Source of the DNA: Malacoraja senta
Taxonomy: Eukaryota
Assembly (NCBI GenBank): GCA_038087875.1
Contig: CM075988.1
Coordinates: 4,278,001-4,342,000, forward strand
Direction: 5' to 3'
Length of the DNA: 64,000 bases
Both the position numbers and the translations under genes were made by a program. Shown here in pieces: positions 37,813 to 51,749 of the stretch (positions within the stretch are counted from its first letter, which is position 1; every line of letters starts with the position of its first letter). The notes beneath the pieces are model-generated. The model searched no databases and was not told the DNA's origin. It saw only the letters and a list, made by a program, of their open reading frames with translations.

Positions 37813-38985
37813 ACACATTTATCTGTCTTTGCATCATACCCCTCTACCTATCCAAGGCAGATGCTTCACAATGCTGCCACATCCTGATGAAGCTGTTTGA
37901 GTACTTGTTTCGTCAGATGCAAGGTGTCATTAACTGAAGCGATGTGATTTAATAATATATCTCAGGGATATGGCAGCAAAGAGCGTATCTATTACCTGCG
38001 CAGTGGGAGACTGGCTTTTGACAGCTAGAGTCTGGTATTCTATTGAAGGAGCTCGAGTATATCTGCAGGAAGGTTTCTGAGCCCAGAACTTGTTCCCATG
38101 GTAAATCTTGATAATATTTTACATAATTTTGAGAGAGGATGATAGACACAAATTCATACAGTCATATTCATAGAATCATACAGCGTGGAAACAGGCTCTT
38201 CGGCCCATCTCGTCCACGCTGGTCAAGATGCCCCAACTAAGCTATCCCATTTACCTGCGTTTGCCTCATATCCCACTGAACCATTCGTATCCATGTGCCT
38301 GTACCATTGTCTTTAAATTGCTGTTATTGTACCTCAATTAGCTACCTCTTCTGGCAACTCATTCCATATACCTACCACCCTCTGTGTGAAAAAGTTGCCC
38401 CTCAGGTTCCTATTAAATCTTTCCCCTCACACCTTAAATTATGCCAAAGATAACTCACAAAGAAGAAGGGCCTCGACCCAAATCGTCACCCATTCCTTCT
38501 CTCCAGAGATACTGCCTGTCCCGCTGAGGTACCCCAGCTTTTGTGTCTAGCTCCAGTTTAGTTTATTGTCACCTGTAGATTGGTTCAGTGAAAAGGTTTT
38601 TGTTGGGTGCCAACCAGTCAGGAGAAAGACAATACATGATTACAATCAATCCATTTACAGTGTACAGATACAAGATAAGGGAATATCTTAGTTACAGTAG
38701 GAAATGTTGCTGTAGCAATACAGATTGAAGAGTGTGGAGCAATTGTAATGTGAGTTTGTAGATCTGCTTCCATGGCCAGCAGGCATATAGTCGCCTGTGT
38801 TGGACACCATCTTGGACGCATCTGATCTATCAACAGATTTATTGTGTGGTTAGTGCGGAAACCATGACGGTCTCAAAGTAAGAAATGCAGGAGGAGGCTA
38901 TTCAGCCCATCTGGCCTGACCCACTCTTTAATTAGATTGTGAGACGCGAGGGTGAATCTGGAGCACCAAACAGGTTGCTGAAGGA

Positions 38986-39212
38986 GGTACACAAAAATTC
39001 TGGAGAAACTCAGCGGGTGCAGCAGCATCTATGGAGCGAAGGAAATAGGCAACGTTTCGGGCCGAAACCCTTCTTCAGACTGAAGGAAATAGGCAACGTT
39101 TCGGCCCGAAACATTGCCTATTTCCTTCGCTCCATAGATGCTGCTGCACCCGCTGAGTTTCTCCAGCATTTTTGTGTACCTTCGATTTTCCAGCATCTGC
39201 AGTTCCTTCTTT
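38986..39212. mobile_element. Palindromic Penelope pLTR derivative with a 17-bp flanking duplication
   Basis: Arms are reverse complements; AACAGGTTGCTGAAGGA at 38969-38985 and 39213-39229. Confidence 0.8.
39051..39078 (-). ncRNA. Minimal hammerhead-ribozyme-like motif
   Basis: Minus strand CTGAAGA-A-GGG-TTTCGG-CCC-GAAACGTT. Confidence 0.6.
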
Positions 39213-39496
39213 AACAGGTTGCTGAAGGAACTCAGCGGGTCAAGCAGTGTGTGTGGAGGCAGTGACAGGCGATGTTTCGGGCCAAGACCCAGCCTTAGGA
39301 TCGAAAGTGAGAAGGGGAGATGCCCAGACTCAAGAGGCGGGAGGAAGGTGTGAGGTAGGAGCTGGTAACTTATGGGTGGATGAGGGTGCAGAGCGGTTGA
39401 TGAGCAGATGGAACCCGGTGGGGGAGGGTGAGAGGTGGAGTTAGCAACTGAGGCTGGGAGGTGATAAGTGGAGAAAACAAAGGACTTACTGTAGGT

Positions 39497-41330
39497 GCGG
39501 TACGGTGGCACAGCGGTAGAGTTGCTGCCTTACAACGCCAGAGACCCGGGTTCGATCCTGACCACGGGTGCTGTCTGTACGGAGTTTGTACCTTCTCCCC
39601 GTGACCACGTGGGTTTTCTCCAGGTGCTCTGGTTTCCTGCCGCACCCCAAAGAAGTACAGGGTTTGAAGGTTAATTGGCATTGTTAAAAATTGTAAATTG
39701 TCCACGATGTGTAGGATACTGCGCGGGAAACAGGCCCAGCGGCCCACCGAGTCTGCACCGCCCAGCGAACCCTGCACACTTACACTATCCTACACACATT
39801 AGGGACAATTTACATTTATACCAAGCCAATAAACCCACAAACCTGTACGTCTTTGGAGAGTGGGAGGAAACCAGAGATCTCCAAGAAAACCCACGCAGGT
39901 CACATGAAGAATGTACAAACTTCGCATAGACGGCACCCGTAGTCAGGATCGAACCTGGGTCACTGCTACAGTAAGTCAGCAACTCCACCACTGTGACACT
40001 ATGCCAGCCAATCTTGAATAATATTTTACTGTACAGGAGAGACTCATTCAAAAATAATTCAAAATGCACTGAAACTGTAACAAGACAATTACATTTTACT
40101 GGATGTCAATAATGCTTCTCTGATACTAATGTCTTTGGGAACAAACAGCATATGGAGACAGGATATAAAGTATTCCTGTCTGGTACCGCAGCGTTTGCAG
40201 ACAAGATTTGTGCACTCTTCCCAGGTACATTGAAGCACGGTACAAAGGAAGCAATGTAACAGCTGCAGGGCTCAGAGCAAACGTGGAGTTAGATCACCAG
40301 AGCCCACCCCCGCACCAAGGGAATTTAGTTTAGTTTGGAGATACAGCGCAGAAACAGGACCATCAGCCCACTGAGTCCGCACCGACCAGCGATCCCCGCA
40401 CATTATCACTATCCTACACACACACTTGGGGCTATTTACAATTTACAATTTAAACTTACACCAAGCCAAATAACCTACAAACCTGTACGCCTTTGGAGTG
40501 TGGGAGGAAACCAACAAACGCGGACACGGGGAGAACGTACAAACTCCATACAGGCAGCACCCGTAGCCAGGATCGAACCCGGGTCTCGAGTGCTGTAAGG
40601 CAGCAACTCTACTGCCGCTCCACAGTGCCACCCAATCTGCAGAACGGCTCACTGTTAGAGAGAGTTCACCTTCTTTCCCACTGATCTTGTTGCGCAGTTG
40701 ATTGATTGATACAGCATGGATACAGGCCCTTCGGCCCACCCGAGTCCATGCCAACCATCGACCACCCATTCACACTAGTTCTATGGGATCCCACATTTGC
40801 TTTCACTCCCTACACACGAGGGGGCAATTTTACAGAGGCCAAGTAGCCTACAGACCCGCACTTATTTGGCATGAGAGAGAAACCAGAGCACCTGGAGGAA
40901 AGCAAGGTGGTGCAGCGGTAGATTTGCTGCCTTACAGCAGCACCAGACACCCCTGTTCGATCCTGACTACAGGTGCTTGTCTGTACGGAGTTTATACGTC
41001 CTACCGTAACTGCGTGTGGTTTCTCCGGGGGCTCTGGTTTCCTCCCACACTCCAAAGACGAACAGGTTTGTAGGTTCTGTAAAATTGTAAATGATTCCTA
41101 GTGTGTAGGATAGTGAGAGTGTACGGTGATCGCTGGTCCACACAGACTCAGCAGGCGAAAGGGCCTGTTTCCACGCTGTATCACTAAAGTCTAAAGTCTA
41201 AAAGAACCCACACGGTCACAGGGAGAATGTGTATTCAACTCTGCACACAGACAGTACCTGAGGTCAGGATCGAACCCGGCTCTCCGGCACTGTCAGGCAG
41301 CAGCTCTACCAGATGTGCCACTGTGCTGCC
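39497..41330. mobile_element. Cluster of HE1-like SINEs (39497-39715 +, 39720-40005 -, 40324-40632 -, 40705-41330 - with a nested + copy at about 40903-41200)
   Basis: Same head, V-domain and tail motifs. Confidence 0.8.
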
Positions 41331-41769
41331 CATGGGGGTAGAGAGATGGGTAGAAGGGCTGCATCCACCACATCCACTCCGTTAACTCACCAGGAGGCCA
41401 TTCAGCCCATTGGGTCCATGGCTGCAGCAATGAAATCCTATCAGGGTCATTTCCCCCTGTTTTCATGTACTCATGCAACCTATTCATTCTCACATGCTCA
41501 TCAAATCTCCCATGGATTCTCCTGCCACCCATCTACACTCAGGGTAATTTACAGATCCATTCTCTATGGAAATAATGCTCTACAATGCTGAGGAGTATAT
41601 TTGTGTCCAGTATTATCTGAACTGGTAGGACAGCATGCAAAACAACCCATTCCATGATAACTTGATACAGGTGACAATAATAAACCTAAACCTGTTCCCA
41701 AGTTGCTTGCCAACACATCTTTGCGATTATCGTAATTAATCAAGACTGTCTAATTATCATTTGGCACAT

Positions 41770-42420
41770 TAGCCTTCATCAGTCAGAATATTGAGTCTAG
41801 AAGTTGGGAGGTCATGTTGCAGTTGTATGAGATGTTGGTGAGACCACGTTTAGAGTAAACCAGCATCTGTAGTTCATTCCTGCACATTTAGGGTATTGTG
41901 TTCAGTTCTGGGCACCATGTTATAGGAAAGACGTTGTCAAGCTGGAAAGGGTACAGAGAAGATTTACGAGGATGTTGCCAGGACTAGAAGGTCTGAGCTA
42001 CAGGGAGAGGTTGAGTAGGCTGGGACTCTACTCTTTGGAGCGCAGGAGGATGAGGGGTGATCTTATAGAGGTGTATAAAATCATGAGGGGAATAGATTAG
42101 GTAGATGTACAGAGTCTCTTGCCACAGTAGGTGAATCGAGGACCAGAGGACAAAGGTTTAAGGTGAAGGGAAAAAGATTTAACAGGTATATGATAGCTAA
42201 CTTTTTCACATAAAGGGTGGTGGGTGTATGGAACAAGCTGCCAGAGGAGGCAGTTTAGGCAGGGACTATTCCAACATTTAAGAAACATTTAGACAGGTAC
42301 ATGGATAGGACAGGTTTGGAGGAATATGGGCCAAACACGGGCAGGTGGGACTTGTGTAGCTGGGACATGCTGGCCGGTGTGGGCAAGTTTTCACACTGTA
42401 TCACTCTATGACTCTATGGA
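41770..42420 (+). mobile_element. CR1 LINE 3' fragment (second subfamily)
   Basis: YCVQFWAPCYRKDVVKLERVQRRFTRMLPGLEGLSYRERLSRLGL. Confidence 0.88.
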
Positions 42421-43074
42421 CTGGGATTGGAACAAACACGTCCTTACTTCTTGAAGCTTTAGATTACTCTTGAACATTAATAAAACCACAATAAATAAAA
42501 ATACAATGAACAATATTCAATAAATGATCAGTTATACTGTGTAACATGGGTTCCATAGCCATGCGAGATAAAGTGGTTTATTTAATTTATTGTCACTTGT
42601 ACCGAGGTACAATGAAAGGCTTTTGTTGTGTGCTGTCTAGTCAGCAGGAGTTAATACATCATTGCAATCGAGTCATTTACAGTGTATAGGTACATGCTAA
42701 GGGAATAATGTTCAGTGCCAGGTAAAGCCAGCAAAGTCTGATCAAGGACATATGTGAGTAGAGTCTAGGATCATAGTTAATGTAAGAAATGTTTCTGCAG
42801 GAATAGAGATTTAAGAGTGTGGAGCGATTGGAATATGTGGTTGTAGATCGACTTTGTTCTTATTTTATACAACATGGAAACAGGCCCTTCGGCCCACATA
42901 GTCTCTGGCAAACATTGATCGCCTAGCAATACTAGCATTACATTTTTCCAATTTCTCATTCATTCCTTGCACTCTAAGGTGATTTGTGTACAAGGAATCA
43001 CAGAAGACCACATTTTTTTCTGCCACAGTGGAGGGGGGGGGGGGGGGGGGGAGGGGAGGGAGAGGGGGAGGGAG

Positions 43075-43258
43075 AGGGAAATTTGAGTTGCCATTTGCAG
43101 CACGCCAACAAAAATAAACACAACATTAAAGAATTTAACATTGAACATAAAAACATCCCCCCACTATGGTTCCCACTGTGAGGGAAGGCAGCAAAGTCCA
43201 GTCCTCTTCCCCTTGTTTACCCATGGTCGGGCCTATTGAGGCCTCCGCAGTCGCCGCA
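43075..43258 (-). mobile_element. GC-rich non-coding retroposon, copy E (3' fragment)
   Basis: GGCCTATTGAGGCCTCC.CAGT.GCC and hairpin 2 shared with copy C. Confidence 0.7.
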
Positions 43259-43643
43259 ACAAGATACAAGGAATTGCAGATGCTACTTTACACAAAATCT
43301 CCTTGTACACAATTTAGAAAGGCAAATTAACCTACAAACCTGTCGTCTTTGGGATGTGGGAGGAAACCAGAGCACCTGGTGGAAACCCAGGCAGTCACAG
43401 GGAGAACGTGCAAACTTCACACCCACCGCACCTGGCGTGGTGAACAAACCCGGGTCTCTGGTGCTGTGAGGCAGCAGCTCGACTGTGTTAGGCATAGGGA
43501 ATGTCCATCTGGAGTAGAGGGGATGTTGAGGCAGTAGAATGTTGGCATTGATGGATCTTTGAAGTTGTGGAGGGTGGGAAATCAATGGAGTCAGAGCGAA
43601 GGAAACAAGAATGAAGCTGTGGTGTCAGCTGAGTCTACATGTG

Positions 43644-43962
43644 GCAGCAAGGTGGCGCAGCGGTAGAGTTGCTGCCTTAAAGCATTTGTAGCGCTGGAGA
43701 CCCCGGTTCGAACCCGACCACGGGTGCTGTCTGTACGGAGCGTGTGCGTTCTCCTCGTGACCACGTGGGTTTTCTCAGAGATCATTGGTTTCCTCCCACA
43801 CTCCACAGGACGTACAGGTTTGTAGGTTAATTGGCTCGTTAGGAGTGTAAATGGTCCCTCGTGTGTGTAGGATAGTGTAAGTGTGCGGGGACCGCTGGTC
43901 GGGTGCGGACTTGGTGGGCCGAAGGGCCTGTTTCTGCGCTGTATCTCTAGACGAAACTAAAC
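43644..43962 (+). mobile_element. HE1-like V-SINE
   Basis: Head, V-domain and tail. Confidence 0.85.
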
Positions 43963-44389
43963 TCACGATTTACACCCCACTGACTTTAGAATCCGCGGCA
44001 CGGAAATGTGACCCAGTAGCTGTGTTGTTTCCATTAGGTAGGTTGTTTCAAGCCTGTGTTTAGATTAGTGAAGTAGACTGTCGGCAGTAGACTTTTGAAG
44101 GGTTTGCAATTGCTATAGGGTTTGATTCATATTACAAATGCTCTCTGTACTCACAGATCACAGGCATCCGTGGCAATACAAAGCGGGCTCTCTGCTGAGG
44201 GATACATCAATCGAACCCTGACATCATCAAGGATCGTTAAGGAAATAGCAACACTTGATAAATATCGATGTTTGGGAAATGGACTCTTCTCCCACCTGAG
44301 GAGATGAGGGGGGAAAATGGTTATGCGTGGGATGACTGAGAATGGAGTACGAAACCAGGAACTGCAAATTGACATGGAATATCGCAAAG

Positions 44390-44960
44390 CATAGAACATA
44401 GAACAGTACAGCACAGTAACAGGCCCTTCGGCCCACAATGTCCATGCTGAGCATGATGCCAAGCTACACTCATCCCTTCTGCCTACAAGTGGTCTATATA
44501 ACATCATTCCTTGCATATCCATGTGCCTATCCAAAAGCCTTTTACGTGCCACTATTGTAGGTGCTTCCACCACCACTCCGGGCAGCATATTCCAGGCATC
44601 TATCGCTCTGTTAAAAACTTGCCCCGAACATCTCTTTTAAACTTTCTCACACTCATCGTTAAGCTATGCTCTCTACACTTTGACATTTCCACCTTAGTAT
44701 AAATGGTTGGGAAGGAACTGCAGATGCTGGTTTAGACCAAGGAAACATGGTTCTGACTACCTACCCTGTGTAAGGCTCTCATCATTATATAAACTGCAAT
44801 CAGGTCTCCCCTCAGTTCCGATGCTCCAGAGAAAACCATCCAAGATTGTCCAACCTCTCCTTATAGCTAATGCCCTCTAAGTATTGGGTAAACCTCTTCT
44901 GCACCCTCTCCAAAGCCTCCACATCATTTCCGTTGTGGAGCAACCAGAAATGGACACAAT
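44390..44960 (-). mobile_element. CR1 LINE 3' fragment with (TGTTCTA)n tail
   Basis: Minus strand ends GGGCCGAAGGGCCTGTTACTGTGCTGTACTGTTCTATGTTCTATG. Confidence 0.8.
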
Positions 44961-45079
44961 AACACTGTGACTGAGAGGATTTATGACAAAATCCTTGAAG
45001 GCAACAGGTATTGGTAGGGATTAAATGTGTGCTTCCTTTAAGGACAATTGGACTCCAAGGAGCAGTTTGAGTGCTGGCT

Positions 45080-45400
45080 TAGCTTAGCTTAGTTTAGTTT
45101 AGTTTAGTTTAGTTTAGAGATACAGCACAGAAACAACCCTTAAGGCCCACCATTCCTCGCCCACCAGCGATCCCCGCACACTAACGCCATCCCACACACT
45201 AGGGACAATTTACAATTATACCAAGCTAATTAGCCTACAAACCTGTACGTCTTTGAAGTGTAGGAGGAAACCGGAGCACTGGGAGAAAACCCACGCAGGT
45301 CACGGGGAGAACGTGCAAACTCCATGCAGACAGCACCCGGATCGAAACGGGATCTCTGACGCTGTAAGACAGCAACACTATTGCTGCACCACCGTGCCGA
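45080..45400 (-). mobile_element. HE1-like V-SINE
   Basis: Head, V-domain and tail. Confidence 0.8.
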
Positions 45401-46623
45401 CCCTGGTGATTAAAGTGGAAGGAGATTATTTCACCAGAGCAGAACCCCAGGGTAGGGACATGTTGAGAATTTTGTTTCAACGCAATTACTTGCAAAGATG
45501 AGAAAATTATTTGAGTTAATGTGCTCTTCTTCCTCCTGCACACATTTTGACAAGTTTGCAGGTGAAGTGCCCCTTTAAACATTGATGCAGCAGGTTGGTT
45601 TAAGTATTATCTATGTGGTGGAGTGCCAGTGAAGTATCATCGATGACCCACGCACAGAGACGGTGCTAGCCAAGATGTGAAGGCAACAGATGTGAGTGTG
45701 GGATGTTCAGAGGAGATGCCAAATTCATATCTCGTGCACATGCAAGCATCCTTAAACCTCAAAGCCATAAAAGCAAATCTAGACTTGAATTTACGTGGCA
45801 TCCCAGCATCGAGTAGTCAATGCAGTAAACTTGCAATCATTGTTACAACGTTAAACCCAAAACTCCAGTCAAACATTGTTTTTGTCACAAAGAAACTCAA
45901 CAGGCCAGGCAGCATCTGCAGAGGCAATTTTGGATCAGGACCCTTCTTCAGAAAAACTGTTTGAAGGAGGGCTCCAGCCAGAAAGGTTCCCTGTCCATTC
46001 TCACCTGACCCGCTGAGTTCCTCCAGCACTTTGTTGATCATGATTGCAGCATCTGCAGTATTTTGTGTCTCTGCTGTTATTATCGTGTTGGTTTTGAGAC
46101 TGGATAACACCCCCTCACTCTCCTATTTTTCCACATTATGTTTAGTTTAGTTTCGAGATACGGTGTGAAGAATGATCTGAAGAAGGGTTTCGACCTGAAA
46201 CGTTGTCTATTTCCATAGATGCTGCCTCACCCGCTGAATTTCTCCAGCGATTTTCGATTTTTCCAGCATCTGCAGTTCCTTCTTAAACTAAACTAAACTA
46301 ATCACCACCATTGGCAGCCCATTCAAGGCACTCACCACCCTCAGTGTAAAGAAACTTGCCCCGAGCATCGCCTTTAAACTTTGCCCCTTGCCTCAAAGCT
46401 AAACCCTCCAATCTCTGACATTACCAACATGGGCGACAGCCCCTGACTGTCTTCACTATCCAAACCTCTCATCATTTCATATTCTTTTATCAGGTCTTCC
46501 CTCTAACTTCGGCATTCCATAGAAAACAAGCCAAGTTTGGCCAACCTCTCCTTGGAACCTATACCCCTCAATCCAGGCGCAGTCTGGTAAAAACGCAGAC
46601 ACAAGAAACTGCAGGCGTTGGAA

Positions 46624-46823
46624 NNNNNNNNNNNNNNNNNNNNNNNNNNNNNNNNNNNNNNNNNNNNNNNNNNNNNNNNNNNNNNNNNNNNNNNNNNNNN
46701 NNNNNNNNNNNNNNNNNNNNNNNNNNNNNNNNNNNNNNNNNNNNNNNNNNNNNNNNNNNNNNNNNNNNNNNNNNNNNNNNNNNNNNNNNNNNNNNNNNNN
46801 NNNNNNNNNNNNNNNNNNNNNNN
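46624..46823. other. Assembly gap of 200 N
   Basis: Run of N. Confidence 1.
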
Positions 46824-46848
46824 CAAGCAACAAGTACAGCCTAACCAA

Positions 46849-47527
46849 TCTCTATACCTATAAAAGTCTCATCTTGTGTGCGTGTGTGTGTGTGTCCATT
46901 GTTGTTTTGTATCTTCCTCAAAACGCTATGTGCTAGTGCTTAAATGTTTACATATTCTAACTCACATTGTCCCTGCCCACACCGTACTCAGGTTCACATA
47001 AGATTTCATCCTATATTTCACATTATCGATGATTTAAGTTTAAAAAAAGGAAAAAAATCGGTTCTCACACACAGCCACAGTGCCACAGTGACATCACTAT
47101 GGGACGTTACCAACGGTAACAGCAGCTTCTCACTTTTTCCAGGAGTTTCCACCGATGATGTCACAATGCAACTCACAGTGCATCAATCACAATGGGCTGT
47201 CAAGCTGACGAGTGCCACGATGATATCAGTATGGGACGTTGCCAATGGTAACAGCAGCATGAGGTTGCTGCCCCTGTACCAATATCTGAAGGGGCTGCTC
47301 CTCATGTTCTGCTTGCATTTTAGTTCAACCATCCTAGTGTTTGGACACAAGGCAGGGAGTGCCTCTTCCGGGCCTACGTCCATGCTCACGTGTACCTGTG
47401 GAGGGAACACGTGGTGTCCACGGGGACGCTGGAGGCCTTCCGTCAACGCTGGTTGCCACGGGGGGAGGAGAATGCTGTGCGCTGCCATCGATGGGGAGAG
47501 GGAGAGAAAGAGCGAGAGAGAGAGAGA

Positions 47528-47602
<75 letters not shown>

Positions 47603-48011
47603 TGCAACCCTCCCCATGTCGAGTACACGCTGCCTGCATACCCCGCTCCTGCCCCCCCCATTCCCCCTCCCGCTCCCCCTCGGCCCCCCGCAACCCCACT
47701 CCCCGCACCACGCTCCTCCGCCCCCATGCGGGCGCCCCCTCCCACCCACCCAAACCCCCTTACCTGCACACCCCCCCCCACAATGCACCCCACCCGCTAC
47801 CCGTTACCCCCTGCCCCCTCCCCCCACCGCCCCTGCCCCCTCAACGTGGTGACCATTGATTGTCTCCATAATTTCCATAATTTTCCTATTTTCCTTGTGG
47901 GGGGTGATGGGAGTGATTGGCTCCAGGGGGCGCGTGTCTCCGGGGTGAGCGTCGACGCCGCACCCCTCCCTGCGTTGGGGGACGGGGCCCAGCGGGTCCC
48001 ACTTGCTCTAG
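46849..48011 (+). mobile_element. Non-autonomous Helitron carrying a Tx1 fragment and a (GA)n tract
   Basis: A|TC 5' end (TCTCTATACCTATAAAA); hairpin GGGGCCC-AGC-GGGTCCC at 47984-48000, 11 nt before the CTAG|T end; no target duplication. Confidence 0.75.
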
Positions 48012-50045
48012 TGTCTTGTAAAGCTGCACCATGATTCCTGGCCCTCATGTTAAGCACACTGGCACAACTGGTAGAGCTGCTGCCAGCTCTCAGCGCTGGA
48101 GACCCGACTTCAATCCTGAGCTCGGGTGGTGTCTGTATGGAGTTTGCACGATCTCCCTTTCCAATTTCCTCCCACATCCCAAAGACATGCAGGTAATCGT
48201 GTGTTTTTCTTTCCGCTGACTGGTTAGCACGTAACAAACTAAAAAAAAAACTTCACAAAAAGGTTTGTGGGTTAATTGACCTCTGTAAATTGTACCAAAT
48301 TGTGCGGGACGTGGATAAGAAAGTCGAATAGCATAGAACTAGTGTGAACGGATGATCAATGATCTGTGTGGGCCCGGTGGGCCGAGGGGCCTGTTTCCAC
48401 GCTGAATCTCTAAATGTAGCAATGGAGCACACTTTTCCCACCCCGTCTCTTCAACACCCCCCTGCCGTCTTTGCTCGGAGCTGAGAATGCCGAGAAGTTC
48501 ATAAATCTTTCAGCACATGATTTCTCTTGTGTTTCCTCAGCTCACCTGTCTTGCCTGGTCGTGGGCTGACTTCCCTCCTGATGGACCCTGAGGGGAGCAG
48601 GACACCCACCAGCTTCTACCCCGCTGATTCACAATGTCGTCCAGCAATCTATTTGCTTTATCGTTGCTCCAGAATGATTGGACATGTTAAATATCAAGTG
48701 TACTATCAGCCCAGATCTGTTTCCACTTCAATTGCAATTTCCACATCATCCATTCTACAAGTATTTGACCATTTTTCATTGTAATGGGCAATCCTTCCTC
48801 TTGCCTCTATTAAAAGTTATCTCCAGCTGTAGTTCATTTCCTGCTTCTGTCTAACTCCTTTTGCAAATCCCTGGCTGCTCCAGTCTGTTACAAAACCCTT
48901 CCAAACTTTCAGCCTCACATTTATAATGTCCCAAGTCTGGAAAAGAAAGCTAATGTGATTGATTGAGTGAAAGAAACAGCATGGAAACAGGTCCTTCAGC
49001 CCACCGAGTCTACACCGATCATCGATCACCCATTCACACTAGTTTCAGTTCAGTTCCGTTGTATTGTCACCTATGCCGGGGTACAGTGAAAAGCTTTTGT
49101 TGCATGCTAAGCAGCCCCATTTCTCATTCCACTCCCTCCACATTAGGCACAATTTACAGAGGGTGGCGATTCTGTGGGATTTACTGTCACAGAAGGCTGC
49201 GGAGACTAAGTCAATGGATATTTTTAAGGCGGAGATTGACAGATTCTTGATCAGTACGGGTGTCAGGGGAGAAGGCAGGAGAATGGGAGAGATAGAATGG
49301 CGGAGTAGACTTGATGGGCCGAATGTGTCACAGTCTGCCCTCTCCTCATTCTCATCCACTTCACCTCCCAGTACTTTTCCACCGGGCCCTCCTTCTCCTC
49401 TCCTGCCTGCCTGCCTGCCTGCCACTCCCCTCTCATCAGCCCAACTCTCCTCACCTGTGGCACTCAGTTGCCTCTGATCACCAATTAATCCGGTATATAG
49501 ACTCTCCTCACCGTTCCCACAGTGCCAGATTGTTCTCAGCATTCATGCAAGACTCTCCAGCCATTTCCCGACTGCCTACAAGGATTCGAACCTGCCTGCC
49601 CCTCTTCGGAACCCTCGCTCAATCCTGAGTCTCTGTGTGAGTACGGTGTACCCATTCCTGTGTTCCAGTATCGGAATAAAGTTCAGTACCAACTATACCT
49701 GCCTGATTCTGTGCTGCTATCGGGTCCAAGCTATACCCGTTACAGAATGACCTAATTCTGCTTATAGAACTTATGAACATGAATTAACCCACAAACCCAC
49801 ACACCTTTGGGATGTGAGAAGAAACTAGAGCACCCAGAGGAAATCCATGTGGTCACAGGGAGAACGTGCAAACACCACACAGACAGCATCCAATGTCAAG
49901 ACGGAATCTTTGTATGGTGTGTTTCGTGACATCACGGCTACTGAGGTGCTTCTGAACGACACTATTGCAGAGTAGTACATCACAGCTAGATGACAACACC
50001 AAGGTAGGGCAATACAATGAGCTGCACGGAACATGTGCGTTTAAG

Positions 50046-50364
50046 GGTGGCACGGTAGTGCAACGGTAGAGTTACTGCCTTACAGTACTTACAGCGCCAG
50101 AGACCTGAGTTTGATCCCAACTACGGGTGCTGTCTGTACGGAGTTTATACGTTCTCCCCGTGACCTGCGTGGGTTTTCTTCGAGATCTTCTGTTTTCTCC
50201 CACATTCTAAAGATGTGCAGGTTTGTAGGTCAATTGGCTTATTTATAAGTGTAAATTGTCCCCAGTTTGTGTAGGATAGTTTTAATGTGCGGGGATCGTT
50301 GGTCAGTGCAGACTTGGTGGGCCGAAGGGCCTGTTTCCGCACTGTATCTCTAAACTAAACTAAA
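50046..50364 (+). mobile_element. HE1-like V-SINE
   Basis: Head, V-domain and (CTAAA)n tail. Confidence 0.85.
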
Positions 50365-50664
50365 CGAGTGTGACTTCCTTTCTGGTACAACAACGTACAA
50401 AGCAAGCACTAGGTCGAAACAAGGACAGCAGTGGCTTCGTCTCTTCCTCCTCCTGGGAATCTCATCCTGTGACAGAGCTCAGAATAGACTGGGTGATTCA
50501 GGAGGCTGAAGACAATGACATGGCCTTCCCACCAGAGGAACAGAGTAGGGAGCCACGGGATGTTGGTCTAGAAGAACACACTAATGTTGATTTACTTATC
50601 CTTCCTGGATGTCTGGAAGATTATGTGGCCTCTTTCCATGGGGTGCCTGCTGTAGATAAACCAG

Positions 50665-51367
50665 ATAGAGTCATACAATGTGGAGACAGGCCCTTCAGCC
50701 CAACTTGCTCACACTGACCACTATGTCCCATCTACACGTCCCACCTTCCTGAACCACTTTGGCCCATATATAGTGTGGTTGTCAGAGGTTATGGGGAAAA
50801 AGCAGGAGAATGGGTTGAGGAGAGAGAGATAGATCAGCCATGATTGAATGGTACAGTAGACATGATGGGCCGAATGGCCTAATTTTACTTCTATCGCTTA
50901 TGATAATATGATCTTATAATCTTATATCCCTCTAAACCTATCCTATCCATGTACCTGTCTAAATGTTTCTTAAACGTTGCGATACACCTGCCTCAACTAC
51001 CTCCTTCGGCAGAAAACGTTACTCCTCAGGTTCCTACTAAATCTTTCCCCCCTCACCTTAAACATATGTCATCTGGTTCTCGATTCCCCTTCTCTGAGCA
51101 AAGATACTGTGTGCGTTTATCCGATCTATTCCTTCTACGATTTTGTACACCTCTGTAAGATCACCCCACATCTTCCTGCGCTTCAAGGAACAGTATCCCA
51201 GCCTGCTCAACCTCTCCCCATAGCTCAGACCCTCAAGTCCTGGCAACATCCTTGTAAATCTTCTCTGCACCCTTTTCAGTTTGACTCCATCTTTCCTGTA
51301 GTATGGTGCCCAGAACTGAACACAATAATCTAAATGCTGCCTGGCCAACATCTCATATAACTGCAAC
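50665..51367 (-). mobile_element. CR1 LINE 3' fragment with a nested CR1 tail
   Basis: ORF 51058-51366 reads HLDYCVQFWAPYYRKDGVKLKRVQRRFTRMLPGL. Confidence 0.85.
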
Positions 51368-51749
51368 TGATCTCAAGAGGGGAGGGATTATAGGTGACGG
51401 GTAGACCATGAGTTGTGGTCTGGATATGAGATCTTGATTTCCCCATAATTTACGAAATGAACCAAAGACTGTGTTCGATCAATGAAGGCGTAGGTGACTT
51501 CCACATCTGCTGAAATAAATGTAGTTTCTGTGCAAAGAGAAGGCCGTGTTTTCCAGGGTGTTACCATTTGTTGGATGAAGATGTGGGATAGTGCTGATAT
51601 TGAGTTTGATGGCCATCCCTTTGGTTAACTCCAATAAAAGTGTCCGCGATAGCCTTTCAATGAGCTCAAATGCTGGCGTTATCTGCCTGCTGCAGCTCAA
51701 CTAATAATGGTCACTGGTCAACAGTATTTTATTGTCAGATATTAGTTAG

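Noticed and set aside
46944..48034. ORFs of 200-300 aa with RE and proline runs
   Set aside because: Produced by the (GA)n tract, the C-rich tract and the Tx1 fragment inside the Helitron.
50370..50717. 115-aa ORF in mostly unique sequence
   Set aside because: Non-ATG start, ends in a CR1 tail, no recognisable domain.
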